Position numbers and translations under genes: made by a program | Notes under the pieces: generated by a model | Databases searched by the model: none | The model's input: the letters and a program-made list of their open reading frames with translations, nothing else | Told to the model about the DNA's origin: nothing | Origin: Raillietiella orientalis | Lineage: Eukaryota | Length of the DNA stretch: 64,000 nt | Direction of reading: 5' to 3' | NCBI GenBank assembly: GCA_036172245.1 | Contig: JAYWIR010000001.1 | Location: 5,146,001-5,210,000, forward strand | In this document: positions 1 to 11,900 of the stretch, piece by piece | Position numbering within the stretch: position 1 is the first letter of the stretch | How the letters are laid out: every line of letters begins with the position of its first letter

Positions 1-1418
1 GCAGTTTCTGGGAAGGGTGGCCATTGTCTGTGAAACCGTTTCTTGCAAAAAGTGAAAAACATCCTAATTTCTGATCTGCTCCAGTTGGGAACATCACTTA
101 ACGGAAAACTTTAGCAAAAGACCACGTTTTTTTTTTTTCTTTTTTTTGTTCCTAAAAACAAAAGCAAACGGAACTGTTATGAATCCCGTTCCTCAATTCC
201 CGGAAGTAGAACACCTAGTAACTGGTTTCCTGGATAAGTGCACTGGATTCACGATTATCAATTATTTACGCACAACGTCCGAATCCCTTTTCGTTCCCCT
301 TAACGATCTCGGGGTGCTTTCAAAAAGGCCCGTGGTTCGAATGTTCGGGATTCTGATACGGTGGGGAGATGACCGCCCACGTTGCTTGCCTTACGGACAT
401 GGGCAAAAACTGCACCCAAGTCGTGACCCTCGAGCCGCCTCGACCAAAAAAACGACTTGAGTCTTCAAGGGGAAATTTCCTGGTACTTGCAAAGGGGGAC
501 GCCACTCCGTGCACCTCACACCGAGAGACACAATTCGAAAAGGAACACTTACCGTGCAGCCTGAATGTCCCTGGACGCCATAACAAACCCACACGGCCCC
601 TTGCACAACGAGCTCCCTAGCTCGAACACCAACTCAGCAGCTACGCCTGCTTCGGCACACTGGCCAGGGCACATCGTCGACGGCCCTTCCCGTGCATCGC
701 GATATGCCCAACACAGCTATTTCGCTGTTATTGTATCCGAAGGCAAAACCGCTTGTTTTTCTTTCTTTCTCTCCTCCTGCTCCTCTTCTCCTTTTTCATG
801 GGATCGCTGGCCGGTCGCAAGACACGGGGAGGTGGCACACTCGAGGTGTCCGTCCGCATGCACCTGCACCTGGGCTTGCCCTCGCTAATCAGCGTCCTAC
901 TCTTCCGCGCCGTTTTCGCAAGCTGGCAACCCTCGCTCCCTACGCGCACGGGCAGCCTGCAACTCTTACGCTTCGGTTCGGCTTACGCAGATCGCATCCC
1001 CGTCTTGGCACGGAGCGGGGGTCCCGCGTGTAATGAGCAGCCTCGAGTCATCCTTGTGGGAAAACGGTAATTGCCTTTTGCTTTAGACAAGAAAAAGTGC
1101 TCTCGAGTTCACGGCTCCCTCGCAGAAAACAAAAAATTCATGAGCATTTGAAAAAACATCTACGCTGCGATTTGCATAGGGGTACAGGTAAAAGGGGATT
1201 TTTCGAAATGAAATTTCCCCCGGAATTCCCCAAGAAAGAGACCACTTGGAAATCCGCAAGCGTCCGGAACGGTTGAAAGATTGCAAACTCTACGCGAATC
1301 AGATGGTGCCTTTTCGATCCCACGGGTTGCGCGAAAGAGAAAATGAGGCGCCGTCCCCTGAAGACGGTGGTATCCCAGGTGTGGACAGCAAAGCAAAGCA
1401 AAGGACCAGGCACGCGGA

Positions 1419-1860
1419 CACATGGTGTGGTCCAAAAGTACTGGCACGAAGATCATCGAACATGTGAAAAACACGGCATTTTTTTTTTTTTTTTTTCCTG
1501 TATATTTCATTTATTCAAAATAGGAACCACCTGGCCCTGCACGCTGCTTGGCGCGGGATTCCGCCTTCTGCATGGCACTGGCGTAGTCCTTCGCATTCTC
1601 CGTGACAGCTATCTGCACGTCCTTGATGGTGTCAAACGGGGCCCCCTTTCAGCTGCAATTTCGTTTTGGGGGATTAGAAATAGTGAGGAGGAGACAAATC
1701 CGGCGAGTGCGGGTCTCCAATGCCGAGATCTGCTTCTGAGCCAGAAACTCGCGTGTCCCTTTGCTCTCGCGACAGAGAGGGACGCTGGACGAGTCGTGCG
1801 CACAGTTTCCGTTTCCTCAAATCCCCGTGTGAAATGAGCGGCGTCACGGTTTTTCGGTAC
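1419..1860 (-). mobile_element. Decayed mariner (Tc1/mariner) transposase C-terminus plus probable right terminal repeat
   Basis: Minus-strand translation gives REFLAQKQISAL, then a frameshift, then PHSPDLSPPHYF*SPKTKLQLKGAPFDTIKDVQIAVTE...GGSYFE* (stop 1511-1513). This matches the mariner YSPDLAPxDY...LKG..F...G.YFE C-terminal signature. It carries an in-frame stop and a frameshift. A TIR-like sequence lies at about 1419-1445. Confidence 0.8.
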
Positions 1861-2972
1861 GCCGACAGTTCTCCGCTGCCGTTGCTCGGGAGCTCCGTCG
1901 TCGGTCCTCTTTGAGCAGTCCTGCGACAGCGGCGACGTTCTTGTTGTCCGCTCTTGATGCTACTGGGCGGTCGGCCGCCGCCGCCGCCATCGCTGTCTGT
2001 CATCGACCGCCCTCCGTCCATCTCGAAACGGTTCGTGCCCGAACGGTTGGCGGCTTCCTCCTCCCCGTGCAATCCTCTTGAACTGGTGGTACGAGGCCGA
2101 CCTACCACCACCATCATCTCTCTTCGCGTCCACCTCCAAATTTTGACAGAGGGAAGGAAAAAAAAAAAAAAAACACGAGTCGCGGGAAACATCAACTTCT
2201 CTCGGCAACGCACAGCGACGCCTCTCCGTGTACCATGTAAGGAAGGTACACACGGTGCATGTGAGCAGTGCGGCCGTAAAAAATCCAACCCCAAAAACTT
2301 ACGGGTGGAATTATGCAGAAGCTTTGAGAGGCCCAGCAAAAGAACGTTTGTAACGGCCGGAAATGCACGAGGCGCCTCTCGAAGGTGAGGGCCGATCGGG
2401 TAGAAAGAAAGAACGAGTAAGAGAAACGAAAATGTGTTGGTGGTTCGAAACACTTGCGTCCCCGTGTCGCTTTTCTACGTGGTCACCATTCCTTTTCAAA
2501 CACTTTCGGTACCGCGCAAGAAGCTTTTTGGACCCCTCTGCATCAAATTTTGCCTCCTGGGGGCTCAGCCACTTCAGCAGCACTGCAGCTTTCCATTCCT
2601 CCCTTTTCCCTTCGAATCGTCGAGCCACTTCTCGAGGTGCAGGAAGACGTGGTGGTCAAACCTCGTGGCCCGAGGTGAATTCGGAGGGCTGACGGCAAGG
2701 GGGGGAGAGGGGAGAGCGGGGGGAGTTCGGAGAAAAAGCCTGCTCCTGGACAAACCAAAAGGAAAACGTCCCCTCCGGGAGCGGAAGGGGGGGGGGGGCG
2801 AGGAGGGTTCGAAATCGCGCAGACTTGCGTCTGAAAATCGAATTTCCATTCCCGTCTCGTTTCGGATGCAATTCGGGATCATCGAAACTGCAGATTTGTT
2901 TTTTTTTGGTTCGCGGAGTACTTTCTCGTGGCCAGAGGACGAAGCACGGCTGGAAGGTCTTCAGAAGGCACT

Positions 2973-5900
2973 TCAGGGAACGCAGACTGGCGTGAAGGCA
3001 TAGCCGAAATCTTCTTCGCACACCGTCGGCGTACCGACGGTCGGTCCGAGGGCTTCCACGACATCGAGAAGATCGAGCAAGGTTTGCTCCAGACCCGAAT
3101 ACACCTGAAAGCACACACGCGTGGTTTCCATGTGTCCCGAAATCACTTTCCTCGCAACCAAGGCGGAACAGAAATGGAACGAAAAGCAGCATGAGCCTTA
3201 AACCGGCTTCCTGTGTGCCACTCGCAAAGGCTCCCCCTTCTTGAGCACAACTTGAGTCGCTGCTAAACGTTCCGTTCGAACGCAGGGAGACGAATCGCTC
3301 GAGTCGTTTGCCGGGGGGGGGCTTTGGCCGGCGTTTGCGTTGCTGACTCGGCTGAATGTTCGAACCCAAAAACGGGCCATGCCCCCCCGGCGCTTCCGTG
3401 CTCCGTGTGTGCCAAACCCGAAAATGGCCGGCCTTTCCTCGATCGCGGGTAGTGTACCGGAAGCAGGAGAAACACACGAAAGGCGAAAGCTCGATTCGGG
3501 AGCAACAAAAAACGGGGATCGCATTCGCCGCTTCCTCTCCCCCTTCTCCCTGCACTCTCTCTCTTTCCCGAGGACGGATCAGCGCGTGGACTGAGGGGAC
3601 GCCCAGAGAATTCTTCTGTAATTTCTGCAATTTCGTCGGCCGTCGGGGGGGAGACGTTTCCGGGTAAGCGCGCTCACCCCGACAGGAGCCGTGGAAAAAT
3701 TCTCGGGAACCGTCCGAGCTCCATCGCGGCGCCTGGCAGGATCTGCTGGGCGAACTTTCGGATGGGTCCTTCCAGGTGCTGCGCTTTTACGAACGGACAC
3801 GGCACCACCGGAAGGAGAGCCCGTTGGCGTGGACGGAGGAAAGAGGGCCGCCGCTCGTTCCGTGCTGGGGAACACGACGCGCGAATCCGCCATGGACACT
3901 TTCCGGAAGAGCTTCCCTCTCTAGCGAAAAAGGAAAAAAAATTTTTTTGCATCCACAAAAGAGAACTTTCGTATCCATCCGCAATTGCAGTGGTACCTCG
4001 GTACTCGCCGGAAATTCGTTTCCGGAACTCGTGACGAGTGCCCGAAACCGACGAGTACCGAACGAATTGTAATAAAACCATTTTAGGACCCACGATTAAC
4101 GCTTACAACGCACAGAAAGCAGAAAAGAGGAACGATTCGGGAAGCACTCTGTGGGAGTGTTCGTCGGCAGTGTTCGCGAGCTGCCGCGAGACGAAAGCGT
4201 TCACTCCTTTCATCATGAGAGTGGGATGTCGAGTTCCGAGCGTGAGCCGAGTGTCGAAACCTTTCTTTCTCGTCAAAAAGCGACGAGTACCGAGCTCGAC
4301 GAGTTCCGGCACCGTCGAGTACCGAGGTGCCACGGTACAGCACGCGGATGCTCCCCCATTCTGTGCGAAACCGCACGTCTGCTGCCCTTGGGAATAGTTT
4401 TCAAGCGCCATCCAGCAAACGCTACCCCTCGGTGGTAGTCACCTTCGACAAATCAAGTCGAGTTTGTGTGTGCAACCCCCCCCCCCCGCCCCCGGACCGC
4501 ATGCATGACCGCCGTCAGCCAAAAAAAAAAAAAAACGCAAAGAAAGGGTGAAGCGATCATCGTCGACCCTCGAAAACAATTCCGAACAGCCGGTGGGGAT
4601 TTCGCCAGCCGATTTTTCGGATGCGAGCTGGCAACTGCGAAACGGGGGAGGGGGCGGGGGCGGGGGAGGAGGGCACCAGGGGGAGATGGGTTCGAAGCAG
4701 AAGGAAGTGGCCCCTCCCGTTTGTTTGTTTTCCTCCTTCTCCTCCCGCAGAGCAACCTTCAGCTGTCGAGGACTGAGCCACCAGCTTCCACCCGCCCTCC
4801 TGCGCACTGCGAATCCACACGGATACGCACTGGGCGATGCCGAGGAATGCGCGCGCTGACGCGCACTCGGCCTTTGGCGGAGCTGACCGACCACCTGCAT
4901 CCCCGAGGTGACGGCAGGATCTCTTCCGGACGGACCGGGGATCTTCCGAAGCTGATCGTTCCCCTCCGTGCACGGCGTGCACCTTTGTGTCGCGGCGCCC
5001 TCACCAAGGCCATTTATGGCATCTGCTGGCTGAGGTGTGCTGGAATGCTCTCCGACAAAGCTGACCACCTCGGGAAGAAAAGCAAAGGCCTCGGACGCTC
5101 CACGAGGACCAGTTTCTTCTTATCGCTTTGGATTAAAAATCCAGGATTGCCCGACTGCGTCGGAACCGCTGACTAAACTGATGATGATGACCGTGACGAG
5201 GCGCTCCATGGCAGCAGATTCGCCTTTTCAGTTTTGAATGGTCGACCTTTTTTTTCGCGCTGTCAAACATTACGTAACGCGACGAAAAGAAATGGCGACG
5301 GTCCGCGCGTAACGCGGTATATGAGCCCTGCACGACGCAGTGTGGATAAATTTGAATTTTACGGCGCACCAATTTTTTGTTTGTGTTTTTCCTAAGAAAT
5401 GCAAAAAAAAAAAAAAACAGAATTTAAGTAGGTTGGTACGGTTTTACTCACATCTTATTGAATGAAAATAACGCAATACGATACGCTTTTCAGCAAGGAG
5501 AGCGATCGAACGGAAACTGTGGAACTGTTTGCATTGGTCAAATGTTAACGACACTCCTAAATGCGTGCGTACTGTGTTTTACCTTTTGGTTAAGTAACCA
5601 ACACAGGCACTTTTAGTTTTCCCTTTTTGTATAAATACGGAACGCATCCTTCACGCCCCCTCTGGGGCCCACCGTGTTCTGAGAGCCCACGTCGCCTTCT
5701 CGCTGTCCTCTCACCGGCGCGCACGGACTTCTGCCGGAAAGGTGGTCCTCGAACACGACCGATGCCTCTGCCCAGCCAAAGTGGATGCTCAACTGCTGAA
5801 TTCCATGCAAAAGATGTGTCTTTCTTCACGCCGAACAAGATGACCGTTCAGGAGCAAATCAATTATGGTTGCTTCTCAGGTCAATTGATGGTTGAAAAAC

Positions 5901-8900
5901 CACGTGCACCGTGACGTGCGGCCAGTCGACGCGTGGGTGGAATTCCGGAGAAAAGATGAAATAAAATAAAAGCGAAGGGGCCAACGTGAAGTCGAAAATG
6001 ACGTTGGCGGATTGTCCTGAATCAATTTGCTCCTAACAGCGCACTTCTCACGAAAATGGATCTTGGATGTTGAATAGCGAGGCGGGCAATCCCCGAATGC
6101 TGTTCGTCGTCACTATTGCAAAGTCCCCCATCAGCTCCACTCGCATGGACACTTTTCATGGTGCCGCCGCAGCATAAGCCCCCCATGCTGGAGGCATTGC
6201 CGTTGGTCTGCAGGCGAGTGGGAAAAGTTTTCCAGAGGCGCAGAAGCAAGGACTTCAAGACTCTGGAATTCATGGTGCGCGGTAGCAGACCGAAAGACAA
6301 TCCGTTTGGTTCCCCAGAACCTCACGTCCGGCTGCACCTGGCTCCAGAAGAACCTATCGGTCCCACTCTGAAGTTCGTGCCCTCTTGTTTCCATCAAGAA
6401 GAGAAAAAGATTCCCCTGTTGCTGTCCTGTTCCCTTTTCCGAGTCCCGTGTGGCACGTTTTCACGATCCCGGAGCCGTTCGAACGAAGCATTCCGAACCT
6501 TGCGGTCAGTGTAGTCAGTGTTGCCAGAAGAAACGCAATTTTTGCAGACGGTGCGCATTTTCGCAAGCGTGTGCCAGGCGGTTGCGCGTGGCAAGTTAGC
6601 TCCTTGGCTGGATGTTGATGGCTTGAGCATTCAGTGCGAATGCATCTTCCTACAGAGTCTGCGCGTGCATTTGGATGCGCGGGGCCGTTCCAGCATGCAG
6701 GCGGAAACGTACTGTCTCTTCGAGGACATGGATTTTCTTGCTAGGAATTGTCGGATGGCAACTCCATGTGGGAAAGTTGTTGCTCTGTGGCTTCATCGTT
6801 TTCAGGACACGTTGCTGAAAGCAACGTGTCCTAGCCGTGATGAAAGCAAAAACGGCAGCAGCAACAACGCAACATGCCTCCGAAGAACTGCAGTACGCTA
6901 CGACACTACAAGAAGCAGCGTCGTTGAAATATATCTGACTCGTGAAGAGGAACCAAAGGTTTTCATGGCTTCCCGAAACCATGAAACTCCGTTCTCGCCA
7001 CTCCTTCGGAAATGAGAGACGCGGGAAAGGAATTGGCTCCCTTCTTCATGAAAAGGTTCCATTCTTTGTCGTTAACACGGGGGACATGACCTCAGCATCG
7101 AGCATCTTGCTCTCCCGTCGCTCGCAAGCTCTGCCGCCTAGCCCAACTTGAGGAGATCCGCGAGTCACTCGTTCCACCTGAATTTCATATGCTTATCAAA
7201 AAAAAAAAAAAAAAAAACATTCCATCAGGCTAATGGCGAAATCGCAAAAATCATTTTTCCACCCAATCATTTTTCTTTTTCCTTTTTTGGGAAAAATGGA
7301 AAATTTGGTCGAGATCCGTCGAACCAAAGGTGGGAAGCCTGTGTCTCGGCTATACACGAATGGGGCTGCCCTCCGTTTGCCTCGTGGACCTCCAGGAAAA
7401 TAATTCAAAAGCACCCGTCCCGCACGAGCAGCGGGCCCTCGAAATTCCGTGGAGCCCCTGGCACCTCGGAGGCTACCGGATGGGCGTAGCAGCCAACGGC
7501 GCGGGTAGTCCCGAAATCGACACGCGTGGCGCCTCCTCGCCGGAAGCATCACGTGGCGAAAACGGCGCAGAGGCGGCGCAGAGGTCCGCTCGCAAGCGTC
7601 CCCGGGCAGGCAAAGCCCGTGCATGCGCGAGCACGGGTGCATTCGGTGCACGGAGGAGACTGAATCGACGGCCCCGGGGGCCCGTCCGTGTCCGCCTGTC
7701 ACGGGCGATACGCCCATCGCGAAGGCAGGCAGCGTCGACCTTGTCTGCGCCACGGTCAGGAACACGGGAGGGAAAGAAAGCCCGCGGGCGTCAAGTGGCG
7801 CCTGAAGCCGCCGGGGCAGGCAAGCGTCTGCTGCCAGCCCGGGGAACCTTCTGGAAGCTGCGAAAACACGGAAGCGGATGCGGAAGGTTTTGCACTGTTG
7901 TTGCTGCTGCTGTCGGTTGATGAGGACGACGCAAGGGGGGCGAAGGACGCTTACGAAGCGCGCCGTACTTTCGGCCCGTCGAGGGAAAGAGCTTGCGCCC
8001 ACGTACGGGCTCTGTTCGTGATGGCAGGTAGTTCCTCGGAGCTATACGAGATTTTCTGGAGTCCTCCGTGTAAGCACACGGTGAGGGAGGTCACCAGATT
8101 TCGCTGGACACTCAAGCGGTCAGGAGGTCAGTCGTTTAAACTCTTGGGCGCACTGGTGATGGAGAGGCGGACGGAACCACATGGGGGGCGCTCATTCATC
8201 TTCAGTCGGATGTCCGATGAATCACGAGGAACCCTTGGCACGTTTCCTCCCATCCCAGCCGGGTGCTCACACGTGGTGGTGGCTCGACTGCAGGCACGCA
8301 CGGGGCCCGCGAGAGCTTGCTGGCAGCGCTCGCAAACCGAAACAGAAAATATCGATCGAACAATCAGGAAATTCGACTTCGACTGCCAGGGAATGCGGCC
8401 GCGGAAGAAAGCTAAAGTGCGCTTTCGGACGCTTATCCTCTGGATAGGGCTAAGAGGCGAGGTTTCCGTTTCGTAGGTTTCGTCTCTCATCTTCATTGGT
8501 AGAGCGACGGGCGTCGCGCCGCTCTAATCTCGACTATGGACCCATCGCCCCTCCCCCCCTCTTCCTCCAAAGCGCCGCGTTCTCTGCTGCCTATCAACGT
8601 ATGTCTCTGCAATGAGGTCGCCGGCGGGTTCAGGTCCCTAATGAGGAAGTCAGTTGAGGTTCTGAGGTTTGGTTCAGACGATTCCGAGATCCAGGCAACA
8701 CGCGGCAATCATATCCTTGCTAATTATGGTTTGGATTAGTTAATTGGACTTTCTGTACTTATGAATGATAGTGAGGGGAGTGGACCTATTTAATCAACAC
8801 AGAAGTAGGAAGGGAGGAGGAAGAAGAGGAAAGGAAGAGGAGCGGGGAAGGTGGAGGAGGAGAAGGAACGTTCTGTTCTTATGAGTGATAGTGAGGGGAG

Positions 8901-11900
8901 TGGCCCTATTTGCTCCAGACAGATTACCGCCGAAAACTACCCCCTGGACGGAGCTGCACGCTCCAGAAACAGATGCTACAGCGCATCAGAATTCTGCAGC
9001 ACAAACGGTGCACTCGCACGGTGCGCGGGTGGGATTTCTAAATGACCAACTCGGGGCACCGCAGGAAGGACTAACGGAGACTGCCGACAGCTGGTTCTGG
9101 AGACAACCAGCACCATTCGCTGGATGGCGCGCAGCTTCTGAGGAGAGATGCTGCAGCAGCGGCTCCTTCGGACGGGGCGGGACCGCAAGTTGCCAGTGCG
9201 TCCTGGAAGCGAGCCGGTTCCCTTGCAAGGAGTTCCGCGCTCCCCACTCCCTCCCCTTTCTTTCGCGGAAGCGGGCTTCCGAACTCTCGACTGGTCTGCA
9301 GCGTCGGCCTGTCCGTGCTCACAGTTGGAGCAGTGTGCTGAGACAAAATGGAAAGTGGGCGAAAGACGCCGGCAAAAGCTGCTGCCGACAAGGACACCCG
9401 AAACCTCTCGCAGTGGCGGGTCCAGGACCGACTCGGGTGCCAGAGCAGAGTGCCGCGTCGTCCTGCGCGACGCCTCCATGAGCCATAGTTCCAATTTTCG
9501 GGCAGCAGTACGAGACCGAAAGTCAGACGTCAAAAAGGCAGCCGCAAGCAAGCGCTGCGTACGGTGCCCACAAGAGTTCGCGTGGCCCGCTCAGAAGAGC
9601 ACGAGTCTGGCCTCGGAGCAACGCGCGCGACTCCGGACGGATTCAGCGCCGCCACTGCGGGACGGCGCTCCGGGACAGAAGACCCCGGAACATGGAAGCG
9701 GAAGTTCGAGGGTGCCGCTGGCAGGAGCCTCTCGAGCGCGGCCCACGGCGACATGCCTTTACGCGACACGTGCCCTCGGGATCGAGAGCGCGGCGCCTGC
9801 GAGGGCGACTCGCCGTTCTCTGGAGCGGAAATCCCCGCGTGTCTCAAGAGCATGGGGCGCCACCGCCCTCGCGTTCCGAGCTTTTGGCGGACGCACGCTG
9901 GCGCCTTTAGCGACTCGTCTGCAGGCAACAGAAGGTGCGCCTCACACACCTTCCTTGCGTGAACACACCCAAGTTCCTGTGCACCCACCGCACCCTTCTG
10001 CGGGCATCCAGGGATGCCAGCTGCGAAAAAATGAAAGCGCGGCGACGGGGCGGCAATTCGCCGGCTTCCCATGGTAAATCCTCGGCAGGCTGGTCGTCAG
10101 CTGAAAGAGCGAACGGACCAATGTGCTGCGGCAGCGCGAGATGGCGTCCGGCGCTCGTTTCCGACACGCTTCTTCCGCCCAACGAACAACGGGGTGTACC
10201 TTTGCGATGAGGCACTTCCTCTGATCCAGGTTGAGTGGCTCCCAGGGGACCCGAGGCACCTCTGAAACGCCCAAAACGACACCATGAGGGCAGCTCTTCC
10301 GGATGGCGGATACCTTTTCCCAGTTCAGATTGGTAGTCCCCGTCAGCCGTGACCGGGATTTGTTCCTGGTTGCGCCTCTGAAACGGATTCGTGCAATCCG
10401 AGTGGCCGGATGCCCTTCCCATTACCTTCCTGGACTCGGTGCTCTTGCCTTTCTTCCTCTCAGAGTCCTTCAGGGCCTGCTTTTCCGCCTGCCTCCTGTC
10501 CGGAGCTCTCGTCAAGCCCCTCACTTGCTCTTGGCGCTCAGCCTTCTCTTCCCTTCCTGGCTTCGGCACCGACACGTAGGTTTCTATGGCGCGGCAGAGC
10601 GAAGTGAAGCTGCACGGAAGGAGGAAAGAGGATGCAAGGAAGATGGACACGCGATCTGCGCGCTGTTGAACCAGCGATCGGCGGAGAGACGCACAGCCGG
10701 AGAGGCGAAAGCAGGAGAACCTTCCCGGAAGTCGGTAAGCGACGGCAACCAACGGCCCGCCGCGCCAAAGGAGCGCAGCCGCCAAGAGTGTCTAAAATGC
10801 GCAAGAATTTCGGCAGGAAGCGCCAAGGAACGATTCCAGGATGTCTGCAGCCCTCCGGACGGAATGAATGTCCTCGACCCCCTTGATGATTAGGATGGCG
10901 GTTCTCAGCGGTCCGCTAGAGAAAGCTGCATTTAGCCAGTGGTCTCTCGACGACCCCAGCCTGCCTTCGGTTCCCTCTCCACACTACGATGCAGATTTAC
11001 GCCATATTGGATTTATTCCACCCGCTCTCTCTGTGTTGCATGCGCTGATTGCCTACCCCAGCTCGACCCTGCCAGCCCCCATTATGACCGAGGAAAAAGA
11101 CCACTAACTAAAAAAAGCAAAATAAAGATGAGACTCAGCTTCAAGGATAACTCGAAGTGCTTTTCGCCGCCATTCGAAAAAAATTCCGCTGCTCGGTCTG
11201 ACCAAGAGTGTGCTGGGATCGAGCCGTTAGGATGAGGGAGGGAGCGAGAGAGGAAGGAGGGAGAAGGAAGGGAGGAAAAGGAGAAACAGGGGAGGTGGAG
11301 GAATGAAGGAGGGGAAGAAAAGGAAGAGAAGAGGAGGATGATAGGAATGAAGGAAGAGGAGAAAGGAGGGAAGGAAGGTGGAATGAAGGAGGAGAAGGAC
11401 GAGGGGTGAGACAGCAGAAATTTCCCTCAGGGGAATTCGGCGAACGCGCACGCTTGGCTCAGGAAGCTAACCGAAGCTGAACTGGGACTTTCCATGTGAA
11501 CGTGAATCCTTCAGGCGAAGAGGACATTCAGAGATCGAAGAGAGTGCGGAAGGAGAGGGAGACTCGAGGCAAGACAGTTGGCGTCCTGTCTCCCGAGCCA
11601 AGAGGATACAATGGGCCAAAGGAACAGCTGATTAAGAGAAAGAGGCAGCTCGCACTTTCCTGTGATTGCACGGGGAACCAACTGCGTACGATAAAACGGG
11701 ACATCCTGTTGCTTGGTTGCCACGATCCCTGTTTGGTGGGGTCACCAGCGCGTGGACGATCCAGTTACGTGCGTGGGGAACGGCTTGCGAAGCAGAAGTG
11801 AGAAGAAGCTCAACGGAATGCGGCATGGTGACAGTAGCGACGGCAGGACAGCAACGGCTGCACTGGGGATAGCAATGTCAGCAGCAGCTGACCTAAAAGT

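Noticed and set aside
4020..4335. CRISPR-like recurrence of CGAGTACCG
   Set aside because: The unit is short, spacing is irregular, there are no cas genes, the context is eukaryotic, and MITE subterminal repeats explain it.
5700..5930. Possible Penelope GIY-YIG remnant (SAVEH / HFGWAEASVV, minus strand)
   Set aside because: The similarity is too short and frameshifted to support without a search.
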